The notes under the pieces: model-generated
Told to the model about the DNA's origin: nothing
What the model saw: the letters and a program-made list of their open reading frames with translations, nothing else
Databases searched by the model: none
Translations under genes and position numbers: made by a program
Source: Pseudobdellovibrionaceae bacterium
GTDB lineage: Bacteria; Bdellovibrionota; Bdellovibrionia; Bdellovibrionales; Bdellovibrionaceae
Direction: 5' to 3'
NCBI GenBank assembly: GCA_043765175.1
Contig: JAYUJM010000096.1
Span: forward strand, 3,900 to 67,899
DNA length: 64,000 nt
Part shown: in pieces, positions 19,193-28,528 of the stretch
Numbering within the stretch: the first letter of the stretch is position 1
Layout: each line of letters begins with the position of its first letter

Positions 19193-19197
19193 TTATA

Positions 19198-19392
19198 TTA
19201 AATATGGTCAATAATAATATCACGAGCCATAACAGTTTTACGACCATCAGCTTTAGCTGATTCAATTCCTTTTAAACACAATTGTTCAACAGCTTTGGTC
19301 AATAAATCAATTGTTTCAGCTGAAGTATTCATTTCACTTTTTTCTTTAATAAATTTTTTCACTTTACTAGTTACAACTAAAATGTCTGCCAT
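19198..19392 (-). CDS. Bacterial histone-fold protein, Bd0055/HBb-like
   Basis: LVVTSKVKKFIKEK..MNTSAETID.L.KAVEQLCLKGIESAKADGRKTVMARD with the histone RKTV..RD motif; closely resembles B. bacteriovorus Bd0055 as recalled; GGAGGA RBS. Confidence 0.92.
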   Translation of the reverse strand: MADILVVTSKVKKFIKEKSEMNTSAETIDLLTKAVEQLCLKGIESAKADGRKTVMARDIIIDHI

Positions 19393-19490
19393 AAATCCTC
19401 CAGATTTAACGTTTATATAAAAATGCTTACATAGGGTTCAAATATTGACAAACATATTTGCTTTAAATAAATCTGTTATGATGCGATTAG

Positions 19491-20897
19491 CTATTTTTTG
19501 AATGTACATAACTGGGCTTTTCTCGGCTTACTTGTCTCTTGAGGGTAAATCCAAACATAATTATTTCTTGTCACTGATTTAGTACATTCAACATTAGTAA
19601 ACCCAGGAGACCAAGAGCCCGAATTTAAATGCTCCACTGATCCATAGAACTCATGTCGCGGAATGTGAGTATGTCCATAAACAATTCTTTTTACTCCAGT
19701 AATTGCAGCTTGCTGACTTAATAAGTGTTCATCAGGTTCTTTATAAACAGAGACTAAAGATGTTACAGATCTAGCATAAAATAAAAAAAATGGAGCACAA
19801 AGCAACAAAGGCACAAAAATCCAATAAAGTGAAATTCCTAACAAGTGTTTCATCTGATAAGTAAATAAAAAAACGACTATGAGTATTCCAAGTAATAAAA
19901 AGGCTCGATCCAGCCATAATTCTTTAGCAATAAGTAATGGGCTGTTGTTTGCGGGCGTCGCAAACAATTCTTGCAAGCGTCGCACAACAGAAGAATTTGT
20001 TTTTGAATCAATGGCACACTTCTCGACAAGAACTTCAATATCTTCCTCAGGTTTGTAAATCTCTGCAAATCGATCTATTGTTACATGAAGTAAAGTGGCT
20101 ACAGAACCCCAAAACCAAGTCCAAACAATCAATGGCTGAGTTTTTAAGAGATACTTAAAAAAGAAAGTAAAATATTCTGGTAATGACATTATATAATTTT
20201 TTTCGACGTGGGGATTAAACAATCCCAAGCCATTCATAATATAACGACAAGCTACATTTCCAAATGGCAAACGCACAGAAATTTCATTATAATCTACTAA
20301 AAAAGGATTTATAGGGTTTTCACAAAGACAATAAGGATCTTGCTGATGACCATGTTCAATAAGAGTATCATTTTCACTAATATAAAACCACTTTACAAAA
20401 CGAACTCTTTTTTGATCAATTGAATTTAATTTCAAGGATTCTAAAAATAGCGACTGAACTTTTAAAAATGCGACTTCAACATCATGATTGCCAGGAATTA
20501 TAACTAGCGAATGGCCCATTTTAATAAACTGAGACAATGCACTTATAAACAACTGATGTTCTTCTAAAATAATCGACATTTTATAAACTGATTTATCCTC
20601 TTTAGGAAACAAACCTCGTCGTGTTTCTATCCAATTCATGCTAAAGATTTCATTTTCTGGATAGGCCATAACACTATCAAAATCAAAGATATCGCCATTT
20701 AAAACTAATTCAATGGATTGTCCATTCGATTTAAGCTGAATTTCAGCTAAAAATGCTATTAAATCATTATCAATAAAAAATGGTTTCGTTTTAAATTTTT
20801 TCCACAGTTTGCCGCGAGACTTTTTTCTTGGTCGAGATGGCTCTGCATCAGTTAAATGAAGATCACTAATTATTGCCGTGTATAACATAAATGACAT
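19491..20897 (-). CDS. Calcineurin-like metallophosphoesterase with membrane-spanning insert
   Basis: SDLH, NGDIFD, GNHD, EHGH, GHTH motifs; two hydrophobic helices before the last motif. Confidence 0.85.
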   Translation of the reverse strand: MSFMLYTAIISDLHLTDAEPSRPRKKSRGKLWKKFKTKPFFIDNDLIAFLAEIQLKSNGQSIELVLNGDIFDFDSVMAYPENEIFSMNWIETRRGLFPKEDKSVYKMSIILEEHQLFISALSQFIKMGHSLVIIPGNHDVEVAFLKVQSLFLESLKLNSIDQKRVRFVKWFYISENDTLIEHGHQQDPYCLCENPINPFLVDYNEISVRLPFGNVACRYIMNGLGLFNPHVEKNYIMSLPEYFTFFFKYLLKTQPLIVWTWFWGSVATLLHVTIDRFAEIYKPEEDIEVLVEKCAIDSKTNSSVVRRLQELFATPANNSPLLIAKELWLDRAFLLLGILIVVFLFTYQMKHLLGISLYWIFVPLLLCAPFFLFYARSVTSLVSVYKEPDEHLLSQQAAITGVKRIVYGHTHIPRHEFYGSVEHLNSGSWSPGFTNVECTKSVTRNNYVWIYPQETSKPRKAQLCTFKK

Positions 20898-20941
20898 TTC
20901 ATCATGACTTTGATTTAATGTAAAGGTAAGGACTTCTTATA

Positions 20942-22201
20942 ATGAAAAAACCGCACGTCATTCTTGGAATTGGAAAAAGTGGTCTTTCAGCAATGAATCT
21001 ACTTTTACTAAAAGGTATATCTGCATCAGATATTTTTACATTTGATGAAAAAAACGAAACTGCTCAGTATAATAATTGGGATCAATTGTACCAGCTGCCA
21101 ACTGGCTATTTCATTCTTTCACCAGGCATTCCTTTGGCCAATAAACATTTACAAAAATTAATTTCTAATGGATGGCAATTGACTTCAGAAATTAACTTAG
21201 CAACAGAATATTTAACTGATGAAATTCTAATAGGAATTACTGGCTCAGTCGGAAAAAGCACTGTGACTACTTTAATTGGCAGAGCTGTTCTTACTGTCGA
21301 TCAATATGCATTTATTGGAGGAAACTTAGGAATTCCTTTCTGTGATTATGCTCTTCGTCTTTTAGAAAATCCTGAAAAAAAAGCCAAGTATATTATTTTA
21401 GAACTCTCCAGCTATCAATTAGAAAATTGTCAAAATTTAAAGTTAGATTATTCTATAATTACTTATCTTTCAGCCAATCATCTTGAGCGCTATCCTACAA
21501 TTGAGGATTATTATAAAACTAAATGTTCGATAGGCTTAATGACAAAAAATATTTGTCTAATCAATTCAACTTCCCCAGATTTAATGAAAAATCGGGAACT
21601 CATTGCTTGTAAAACAATACCCACTAATCGATATTCTATGGATCAAAATAATCTTAATAAAATTAATCTTATTGGTGAACACAACTATGACAACGTCAGC
21701 TTAGCAGTAAAACTTTGTCAACTATTGCTCATCACCGAAGATGAGATTTCGTCAGTGTATAAATACAAAGGGTTACCTCACCGATTAGAAACTGTTACCG
21801 TTTTAAATAATGTACTTTATGTTAACGATAGCAAAGCTACGGCTATGGATTCAGTCCTTGTCGCCACTTCTGCTTGTTTAACTAAAGTTCCTTCAAATAG
21901 TTTTCTTTATTTACTTTTAGGCGGAAAAGATAAAAATTTGCCATGGGAGCAATTAAATATTTTAAAAAATAAAAATATTAAATTTGTTTTTTTTGGAAAC
22001 TGTGGGGAGTTGGCTCAAAAAAAAGCACAACTTCAAGGACAGTGTTTTAACAAACTTCAGCTGGCCGTTGAATTTGTTAAAAAAGAAGTTCACAGCGGAG
22101 ATGTTGTTTTGCTGAGCCCTGGAGGAACAAGTTTAGATGAATTTAATAATTTTGAAGAACGAGGATTATTTTTTAAAAATCTTATTAAAGAAATAAATTA
22201 G
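20942..22201 (+). CDS. murD: UDP-N-acetylmuramoyl-L-alanine:D-glutamate ligase
   Basis: LGIGKSG, SPGIP, ITGSVGKST, ELSSYQLE, GLPHRLE, NDSKAT, LLSPGGTS.DEF.NFEERG. Confidence 0.93.
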   Translation: MKKPHVILGIGKSGLSAMNLLLLKGISASDIFTFDEKNETAQYNNWDQLYQLPTGYFILSPGIPLANKHLQKLISNGWQLTSEINLATEYLTDEILIGITGSVGKSTVTTLIGRAVLTVDQYAFIGGNLGIPFCDYALRLLENPEKKAKYIILELSSYQLENCQNLKLDYSIITYLSANHLERYPTIEDYYKTKCSIGLMTKNICLINSTSPDLMKNRELIACKTIPTNRYSMDQNNLNKINLIGEHNYDNVSLAVKLCQLLLITEDEISSVYKYKGLPHRLETVTVLNNVLYVNDSKATAMDSVLVATSACLTKVPSNSFLYLLLGGKDKNLPWEQLNILKNKNIKFVFFGNCGELAQKKAQLQGQCFNKLQLAVEFVKKEVHSGDVVLLSPGGTSLDEFNNFEERGLFFKNLIKEIN

Positions 22202-24060
22202 TCTACAAAATGACTTAAATAAATTTGTGAGTCTAAAGAAAAGAACACTTGACTGTTTGTTCGATCATTTTCTTTATTGTGAACAATAATTTCTTGTGAA
22301 CCTGTTGGAACATTCATCATCAAAAATCCACCGTTAGTGATCGGCACTTTTGAAATGTGTCCCATAGAATCAAAATAAATAATTTGATTTTTATCGTAAG
22401 TTTCATCTGCTAAATCAACTTCATATTTATTCATCTGAACAAACCCGAAATAAAGGCTTGTGTTGGCAATCACTGAAATGCTGTAATTTTTTTGAATCTG
22501 ATTTTTAAGATGATCTAAAAACAATTCACTCAATTGTGGAAAATGAACAAAATCTTTTTTTGAATTTTGCATATATCTATAAGGCAAGTATCCTTGTAAA
22601 ACCGGTCTATTTAAAATCTCAGTTATACCAGTTAAGCTAGGATCATTGTAAAGAGAACCTGTTTCAATAATTTTAACAATGTCTTCAAGTCCTGGAACTT
22701 GAATTTCAGTTTCTACAAAGGCCCCAGAGAAAACATCAAAACTTCTGGCCCAGTGCGCTTTAGTTGCAAATGAGCCCCTTATTTCTTGATAAGAAAGAAT
22801 TGAACTTTCTACAAAATAAGTTTGAGAACCGATATGGCGATTATTTAAAAAAGCGGAAATTTGATAAGATCCATTTTGTAATCCTGGTATTATAAAAAAA
22901 CCATTTTGTGAAGTTGATGTTTGATCTGTTTTTGGAATTAAAAACTGATCTAAGTAGTACGGTTCAGTTCCAGGCTGATTTTCAATAACAACTTGTGCAC
23001 CAAACACAGGTTTACCATCTGCTACAACTCGGCCAACAATGACTCCGGTGTCTTCCATATATTGTATTTGTATTTTATCAGAAATATACTCAGTAGCACC
23101 AAGAATCCATTTTTTACTAAACAACAAAATATCAGACTGATCATCAGCCATTCTTACTGATAAGGTTCTAGCAATTTTGTCATCTTTATCATTAATTAAA
23201 GCGACGGTAGACGAATGGCTTACGACATTAGGATAGTTGTCAGTTGTTTTTTTTAGAAGATAATGACCAGAAAAAATACTGCTTTCTAAATTGTTTGGAA
23301 TTTTTGAATCATCAACCATTTTTAAATTTAAAGCGAAGCCATTTGGTTTTCCCAACTTAAGTTCAGGTCCAAGAAAAAAATGATTTTTCCTGACTAGACC
23401 AATGAGCTTTTTTCTGTCTTCACCAATGATAATTCCATTTTGGTCTTTGATCTCTGCAACCAAATCACCCTCAATGGAATTGACATAAATTTGATACATT
23501 CCAGCTTTCAAATCAATCTGACCAACTTCTAAGGTTTGCCCCTCTTTAACTCTGCGTAATGTGACTGTTTGATCAATAAGTCCTACACCTTCAATAAGCT
23601 CAAAATATCCTTGAACTGAAACTGAATTTTTATCAGATTTTTGATTTTGTAAAAATGGACTCACAAATTGATTGGCACTGACTTTATTTAATAAAGTAGA
23701 ATCTCGATTTGTGTAAGCCATATTGACTAGTTCTTTATTTGTGCTTTCGTTCAATTCAGAGCGATTCAACTTCATTTCGCTGATCACTGTTGCTTTTGGA
23801 AAATCAATTTTATACTGATCAACAGACTGAATAGTTAATACTTCAAAATGTTTTATTGGTGTTTTTAAATGAGTTATTTGATTTTTTTTATACGTATTTT
23901 TTTCTTGAATTATTTTTGACTTAGAAAATAAAATATATGCAGGCGTTTTTCTTTCAATTGAAATCTTAACAGGCTGTACAAAAAATACAGCGCCTTTCTT
24001 CTCTGTTTTCGGAGAATATAAAAAACCTAATGATAACAGTAACGATAAAATATAGATCAC
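22198..24060 (-). CDS. Exported protein with carboxypeptidase-regulatory-like beta-sandwich domain(s)
   Basis: N-terminal hydrophobic anchor; IVGRVVADGKPVFGAQV..TSQNGFFIIPGLQNGSYQI pattern. Confidence 0.6.
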   Translation of the reverse strand: MIYILSLLLSLGFLYSPKTEKKGAVFFVQPVKISIERKTPAYILFSKSKIIQEKNTYKKNQITHLKTPIKHFEVLTIQSVDQYKIDFPKATVISEMKLNRSELNESTNKELVNMAYTNRDSTLLNKVSANQFVSPFLQNQKSDKNSVSVQGYFELIEGVGLIDQTVTLRRVKEGQTLEVGQIDLKAGMYQIYVNSIEGDLVAEIKDQNGIIIGEDRKKLIGLVRKNHFFLGPELKLGKPNGFALNLKMVDDSKIPNNLESSIFSGHYLLKKTTDNYPNVVSHSSTVALINDKDDKIARTLSVRMADDQSDILLFSKKWILGATEYISDKIQIQYMEDTGVIVGRVVADGKPVFGAQVVIENQPGTEPYYLDQFLIPKTDQTSTSQNGFFIIPGLQNGSYQISAFLNNRHIGSQTYFVESSILSYQEIRGSFATKAHWARSFDVFSGAFVETEIQVPGLEDIVKIIETGSLYNDPSLTGITEILNRPVLQGYLPYRYMQNSKKDFVHFPQLSELFLDHLKNQIQKNYSISVIANTSLYFGFVQMNKYEVDLADETYDKNQIIYFDSMGHISKVPITNGGFLMMNVPTGSQEIIVHNKENDRTNSQVFFSLDSQIYLSHFVD

Positions 24061-24073
24061 TCTTTAATTGTAG

Positions 24074-24544
24074 TTAAAAAGGAGCCTCTTGGTCAAATCG
24101 AGAGTTTGTAGCGGGACTTAAGTTAAGCGTTTTTTTTAGAAAAATAGCCCTTTGTCGACTTAGACCATCTTCTACACCAACTGGTAAAAATTTTTTAGTT
24201 TCATTTTCATATTGCTCGACTATAACTTGAACATTTATTTCATAGGGTCGTCTGGGGCCAAGTATAGTGACCTTGGTCTGGTAACGATAATAAGGATCAT
24301 CTAGGATGACTAGATCATCTTGAATAGGTTCAAATTTATCATCGTGATAATGAGAAAAGATTTCACGACCGTTCATGCTGACTTTTTTTGTTTTACCAAC
24401 GACAACATTAATGGCTTTTCTTATATCTGCTATTTGTTGCGGTTGTTCTATTAAATAATAGCCGGGAGTTTGACAACTGGATATTACAAAAAATAAGTAC
24501 AAAATAAATAATGTTTTATTTTTTAACTGCATTATTCCAATCAC
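24074..24544 (-). CDS. Hypothetical lipoprotein
   Basis: Lipobox FFVISSC. Confidence 0.7.
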   Translation of the reverse strand: MIGIMQLKNKTLFILYLFFVISSCQTPGYYLIEQPQQIADIRKAINVVVGKTKKVSMNGREIFSHYHDDKFEPIQDDLVILDDPYYRYQTKVTILGPRRPYEINVQVIVEQYENETKKFLPVGVEDGLSRQRAIFLKKTLNLSPATNSRFDQEAPF

Positions 24545-25163
24545 TTAAAAATGAATTGATTCCGTTTGTCGTTAAAGGATGTCCTGTCATTTGCTGCATC
24601 ACTTTATATGGAATTGTCGCAATATCTGCACCTAACATTGCGGCTTGTTGAATATGCATAGGACTTCTAACTGAAGCTACTAAAACCTCAGATTTAAAAT
24701 CATAGTTTTGATACATTTGAACAATATCAGCTATCAATTGCATACCATCTGATCCAATATCATCAAGTCGACCAACAAAAGGCGACACCATTGTTGCTCC
24801 GGCTTTAGCTGCTAATAATGCTTGAACAGCTGAAAAAACAAGAGTCACATTAGTTTTTATACCCATTTCAGTGAATTTTTTAACTGCAATCATTCCCTCT
24901 TCACACATAGGGACTTTTATAACTACGTTTTTGGCTATTTTTGAAAGCTCAAGACCTTCATTAATCATTTCCTCTGATTTTAAAGAAATAACTTCAGCAG
25001 ACACAGGTCCTGTTGTTAATGAGCAAATTTCTTTAATAGTTTCAATAAAAGGGCGACCTGACTTTGCAATTAATGTTGGATTCGTTGTCACGCCATCAAC
25101 CCAACCACGCTGAATTGCTAATTTAATTTCACTAATATCTGCTGTGTCTATAAAAAATTTCAT
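24516..25163 (-). CDS. tal: Fructose-6-phosphate aldolase / transaldolase (FSA/TalC type)
   Basis: [45 protein letters not shown]. Confidence 0.93.
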   Translation of the reverse strand: MKFFIDTADISEIKLAIQRGWVDGVTTNPTLIAKSGRPFIETIKEICSLTTGPVSAEVISLKSEEMINEGLELSKIAKNVVIKVPMCEEGMIAVKKFTEMGIKTNVTLVFSAVQALLAAKAGATMVSPFVGRLDDIGSDGMQLIADIVQMYQNYDFKSEVLVASVRSPMHIQQAAMLGADIATIPYKVMQQMTGHPLTTNGINSFLSDWNNAVKK

Positions 25164-25165
25164 AT

Positions 25166-25879
25166 TTACCTACTTTTTGATTGCATCATATCATTCATCG
25201 AATAAAAACCATTTTTCTTTTTCATCAACCATAATGCCGCGCTTAATGCTCCTTCAGCAAATACTTCCCGATTTAATGCTGTGTGTTCGACTTTTATCAT
25301 CTCATTTTGGCCAACAGCTAAGACCTCGTGAATTCCAAAAGCCCCGCCTAAGCGTTGACCTTTAGGTTTAGCAATTTTTTTTCCTAATACTTTTTCTAAA
25401 TCTGAGTGCAGCACTAAAGCTGTTCCACTTGGATTATCTTTTTTTTGATTGTGGTGAATATCTGTCAGTGCATAATCATAATCTGGAATATTAGTAAAGG
25501 CTTTAAGCATTTGCCTAACTGCCCACAATCCAAAACTAAAGTTTGCTGCCCAGAATATGGATTGTTTAATACTCGATTTTTTTAAAATTTGAAATTCTTT
25601 TTGAGTGAAGCCTGTGACTCCGTTAACAATTGGTTTATTCTTTAAAAGAGAATAGTGATTCAAACTCGCTGGATTTGAAAAATCAATCCAGACATCAACT
25701 TGATCAAGAACTTCTACTTCAACTCCAGACAAATTTTCAACACTGAATGAAAATTCAGAGCAAAACTTTGAACTCACAGCAATAAATGGAACAAAAATAT
25801 TCTGTTTTTTTAAACACTCCCGAACAACGAGCCCCATTTTTCCCGATGCACCGATGAGACCCACTTGAATTGATTTCAT
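25166..25879 (-). CDS. dapB: 4-hydroxy-tetrahydrodipicolinate reductase
   Basis: [40 protein letters not shown]. Confidence 0.9.
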   Translation of the reverse strand: MKSIQVGLIGASGKMGLVVRECLKKQNIFVPFIAVSSKFCSEFSFSVENLSGVEVEVLDQVDVWIDFSNPASLNHYSLLKNKPIVNGVTGFTQKEFQILKKSSIKQSIFWAANFSFGLWAVRQMLKAFTNIPDYDYALTDIHHNQKKDNPSGTALVLHSDLEKVLGKKIAKPKGQRLGGAFGIHEVLAVGQNEMIKVEHTALNREVFAEGALSAALWLMKKKNGFYSMNDMMQSKSR

Positions 25880-26760
25880 ATTATTTTAATTTCCCGCATT
25901 GTTTTTTCGACGTCTTCAATAAATTTGGTATCTAACGCTGTTAGGGGTAATCTTAGCTCTGGAGAACTTATAATTCCCTTTTTAAATAACATCCACTTAA
26001 CGGGTATAGGGTTAGCTTCAATATAAATACTATCAATAAATTTTTTATATATTCTAAAGTTATTTTCAGCTTCTTCTAGGATTCCTGATTGGACTTGTTT
26101 GGTCCACCGTTGAGTTTCAAAAGGAATGATATTAGACATGACGGAAATAATACCATGACCGCCTAATTTTAAAAAATCGACATATGTTCCATCATCTCCA
26201 GAAAGCAGTCTGAAATTGCTATTGACTAGATTTTTCAATTTTAAATCAAAACTTATATCACCACTGGCTTCCTTAATACCAACAATATTTTTCACTTTTG
26301 ATAATTCTATAACTGATTCAAGCGAAAGATTTGTTATTGTTCGCCCCGGAACATTATAAAGCAAAATGGGAGTTTTCGATTTTTCTGCGACAATCTTAAA
26401 ATGCTCTACTAAACCTCGTTGTGGAGGTTTGTTATAATAAGGAACCACAACTAATGCTGCATCTGCCTGGCATTCAGCAGCCAATTCATTATTTTTGATG
26501 GTTGTTATTGTTGAATTAGAACCAGTTCCTAAAATAAGTGTTTTACTTTGACCTACTATCTTTCGAATAAATATAAAAATTTCTTTAACTTCACTTGCTG
26601 TCAAAGTTGGACTTTCACCAGTGGTTCCATTAATAACAAAACCATCAACTTCGCCTTGAATTTGATACTCAATCAGTTTTTGTAATGATAGAAAATCTAC
26701 TTCACCATTTTTAAATGGCGTTATTAACGCTGTAATTACACCTTTGAATTCATTTTTCAC
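25876..26760 (-). CDS. dapA: 4-hydroxy-tetrahydrodipicolinate synthase
   Basis: TALITPF, GTTGESPTL, PYYNKP, YNVPGRT, GIKEASG, SGDD, NPIPVK. Confidence 0.96.
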   Translation of the reverse strand: MKNEFKGVITALITPFKNGEVDFLSLQKLIEYQIQGEVDGFVINGTTGESPTLTASEVKEIFIFIRKIVGQSKTLILGTGSNSTITTIKNNELAAECQADAALVVVPYYNKPPQRGLVEHFKIVAEKSKTPILLYNVPGRTITNLSLESVIELSKVKNIVGIKEASGDISFDLKLKNLVNSNFRLLSGDDGTYVDFLKLGGHGIISVMSNIIPFETQRWTKQVQSGILEEAENNFRIYKKFIDSIYIEANPIPVKWMLFKKGIISSPELRLPLTALDTKFIEDVEKTMREIKII

Positions 26761-27524
26761 AGTAAAGCCTCGCTTTCACAATAATTAACTAAAACAGCTG
26801 ATCCTGTCATCAATGGAGTTTGAGTTTCACTCATATCGATAGATATAATTCCACCGGGCATTTCAATTTTTGCTTGATTTATATTTTGAGTACATTTTAA
26901 GTAAAAACCGATAGCTAGTGCTCCGGTGCCACAAGCTGCCGTGAAATCTTCCACACCCCGCTCGAAAGTAACACCTTGAATACGCTGACCTATTTGTTTA
27001 AATAAAGTGACATTCGTTCCTTGAGTTAAAAATTCTTTTGAATTTCTAATTAGTTCACAGTCTGTTTTCTTTGTAGAAAAATCTGCTCCATTTAAAACAG
27101 GAATAACTACATGAGGAACTCCCGTATCACAAAAAAAATAATTTTCATTATTTAACTGAAAAACAGCTGTCGTTTGAACACGAAACTCAGATTGTGCTAT
27201 TTTGGCTATATTTAATAGTCCTGCGGTTGTTTGCAATTGAATATACAAATTTTTATTTTTTTGAATCTCTGTTACAAAATATCCTACGCATCGAGCTGCA
27301 TTTCCACACATAGCTGCATCAGAGCCATCTTTATTGTAGAACTCCCACTCATACTTTGTATCATCAATCATTGTTATAAAAACAAATCCGTCTGCAGGGT
27401 GTTGCTGACAAGTATTTTTAACAAAATCTTTCTTATTTAAAAAATTCAAATTTAAATAATCTTTCATATCAATAAAATGAAAAGTATTGCCTGCTCCTGA
27501 TAAAAGGACTGTTTGATATTTCAT
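26757..27524 (-). CDS. dapF: Diaminopimelate epimerase
   Basis: GAGNTF, NKDGS.AAMCGNAARC, DTGVPHVV, TFERGVE.FT.ACGTGA. Confidence 0.93.
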   Translation of the reverse strand: MKYQTVLLSGAGNTFHFIDMKDYLNLNFLNKKDFVKNTCQQHPADGFVFITMIDDTKYEWEFYNKDGSDAAMCGNAARCVGYFVTEIQKNKNLYIQLQTTAGLLNIAKIAQSEFRVQTTAVFQLNNENYFFCDTGVPHVVIPVLNGADFSTKKTDCELIRNSKEFLTQGTNVTLFKQIGQRIQGVTFERGVEDFTAACGTGALAIGFYLKCTQNINQAKIEMPGGIISIDMSETQTPLMTGSAVLVNYCESEALL

Positions 27525-27727
27525 TTAATTTGTTTTTTTATTTTCTTAATAGGTTTTTTTTGTTCTAAAGGAATAGGTTCTTCTTTTTTTAGATTCTGCA
27601 CCGGCCCTGAAGCAGGTTTTGCTGTTTCATTTATTTCTGGCAGCGGAGGGCCTTTAATTCCACATGAAACTAAAAAAACGCAACTTATTAAGAAATAAAA
27701 CATTTTCATGAAAACCCTCTGCTGCAA
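27521..27727 (-). CDS. lptM: LptM/YifL-like small lipoprotein
   Basis: Lipobox LVSC followed by CGIKGPPLP (CGxKGPL..P motif); upstream of dapF as in other proteobacteria. Confidence 0.7.
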   Translation of the reverse strand: MQQRVFMKMFYFLISCVFLVSCGIKGPPLPEINETAKPASGPVQNLKKEEPIPLEQKKPIKKIKKQIK

Positions 27728-28491
27728 AAAAATAAGTCATAGTTATATTTGCGAAAAACTTCACTGTTCAAATCTCGACAGCGCTTTAAATAAGTACTCT
27801 GCTGGCTATTTTCTTTTTCACCATTTTTAAGTTTTTCTAATAAAGACGCAAAATAAATTAAATCAGGCGAATCTTGCATGGTGCCGACCAAATCTATATA
27901 AAATTTTTGGGCTACTTCTAAGTTTTTTTCTAAATACGCAAGTTCAAATTGCTGAATTCTATTTAAATTATTTTCTAGTGGGTTACTTTTTCTTTGGGGA
28001 CTATTTTCAGTATAGCGTAGTAAGTTTTTTAAAGATTTTATTTCTAATTGAAAATTGGGGATATTCTCAATTTGTTTTAATAACTGCAATCCATAATCTT
28101 TTGTTTCGCTTGATTTATAACGAATCGTATATTTTAAATAAAGCCACTGACATTGAAAATTTTCTTTCTCAATTTCTAAACATTCTTGAATAAATTGATT
28201 TGCTTTTTTACGATCCTTTAGAAAATAAAATAATGCGGATTCATACTTTTCGACTGTTTTTGAATCAATAAATTGATTGAGTAGGTTATATTTTATTTTT
28301 AGCAATTCTTGTTTTTCAGATCCACTTTTTGTTTTATTATAGTTTTCATCAATATAAACGATTGCTAATGCTCTTTGATCTGCTAGCATAAAGCTTAATA
28401 CTTTTTCTTCTATGGCAGAAAAATTTTGGCTTTTTTTAATTCCGCAAAAACTTTGAATTGAAAAAAATAGAATGAAAATCCAAATAGGCAT
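27706..28491 (-). CDS. Exported helical (TPR-like) hypothetical protein
   Basis: Signal peptide; helical repeat character; two Cys pairs. Confidence 0.55.
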   Translation of the reverse strand: MPIWIFILFFSIQSFCGIKKSQNFSAIEEKVLSFMLADQRALAIVYIDENYNKTKSGSEKQELLKIKYNLLNQFIDSKTVEKYESALFYFLKDRKKANQFIQECLEIEKENFQCQWLYLKYTIRYKSSETKDYGLQLLKQIENIPNFQLEIKSLKNLLRYTENSPQRKSNPLENNLNRIQQFELAYLEKNLEVAQKFYIDLVGTMQDSPDLIYFASLLEKLKNGEKENSQQSTYLKRCRDLNSEVFRKYNYDLFFCSRGFS

Positions 28492-28528
28492 TTAGTATTT
28501 ATAAACTCTTTATTTTATAAAGTAAATA

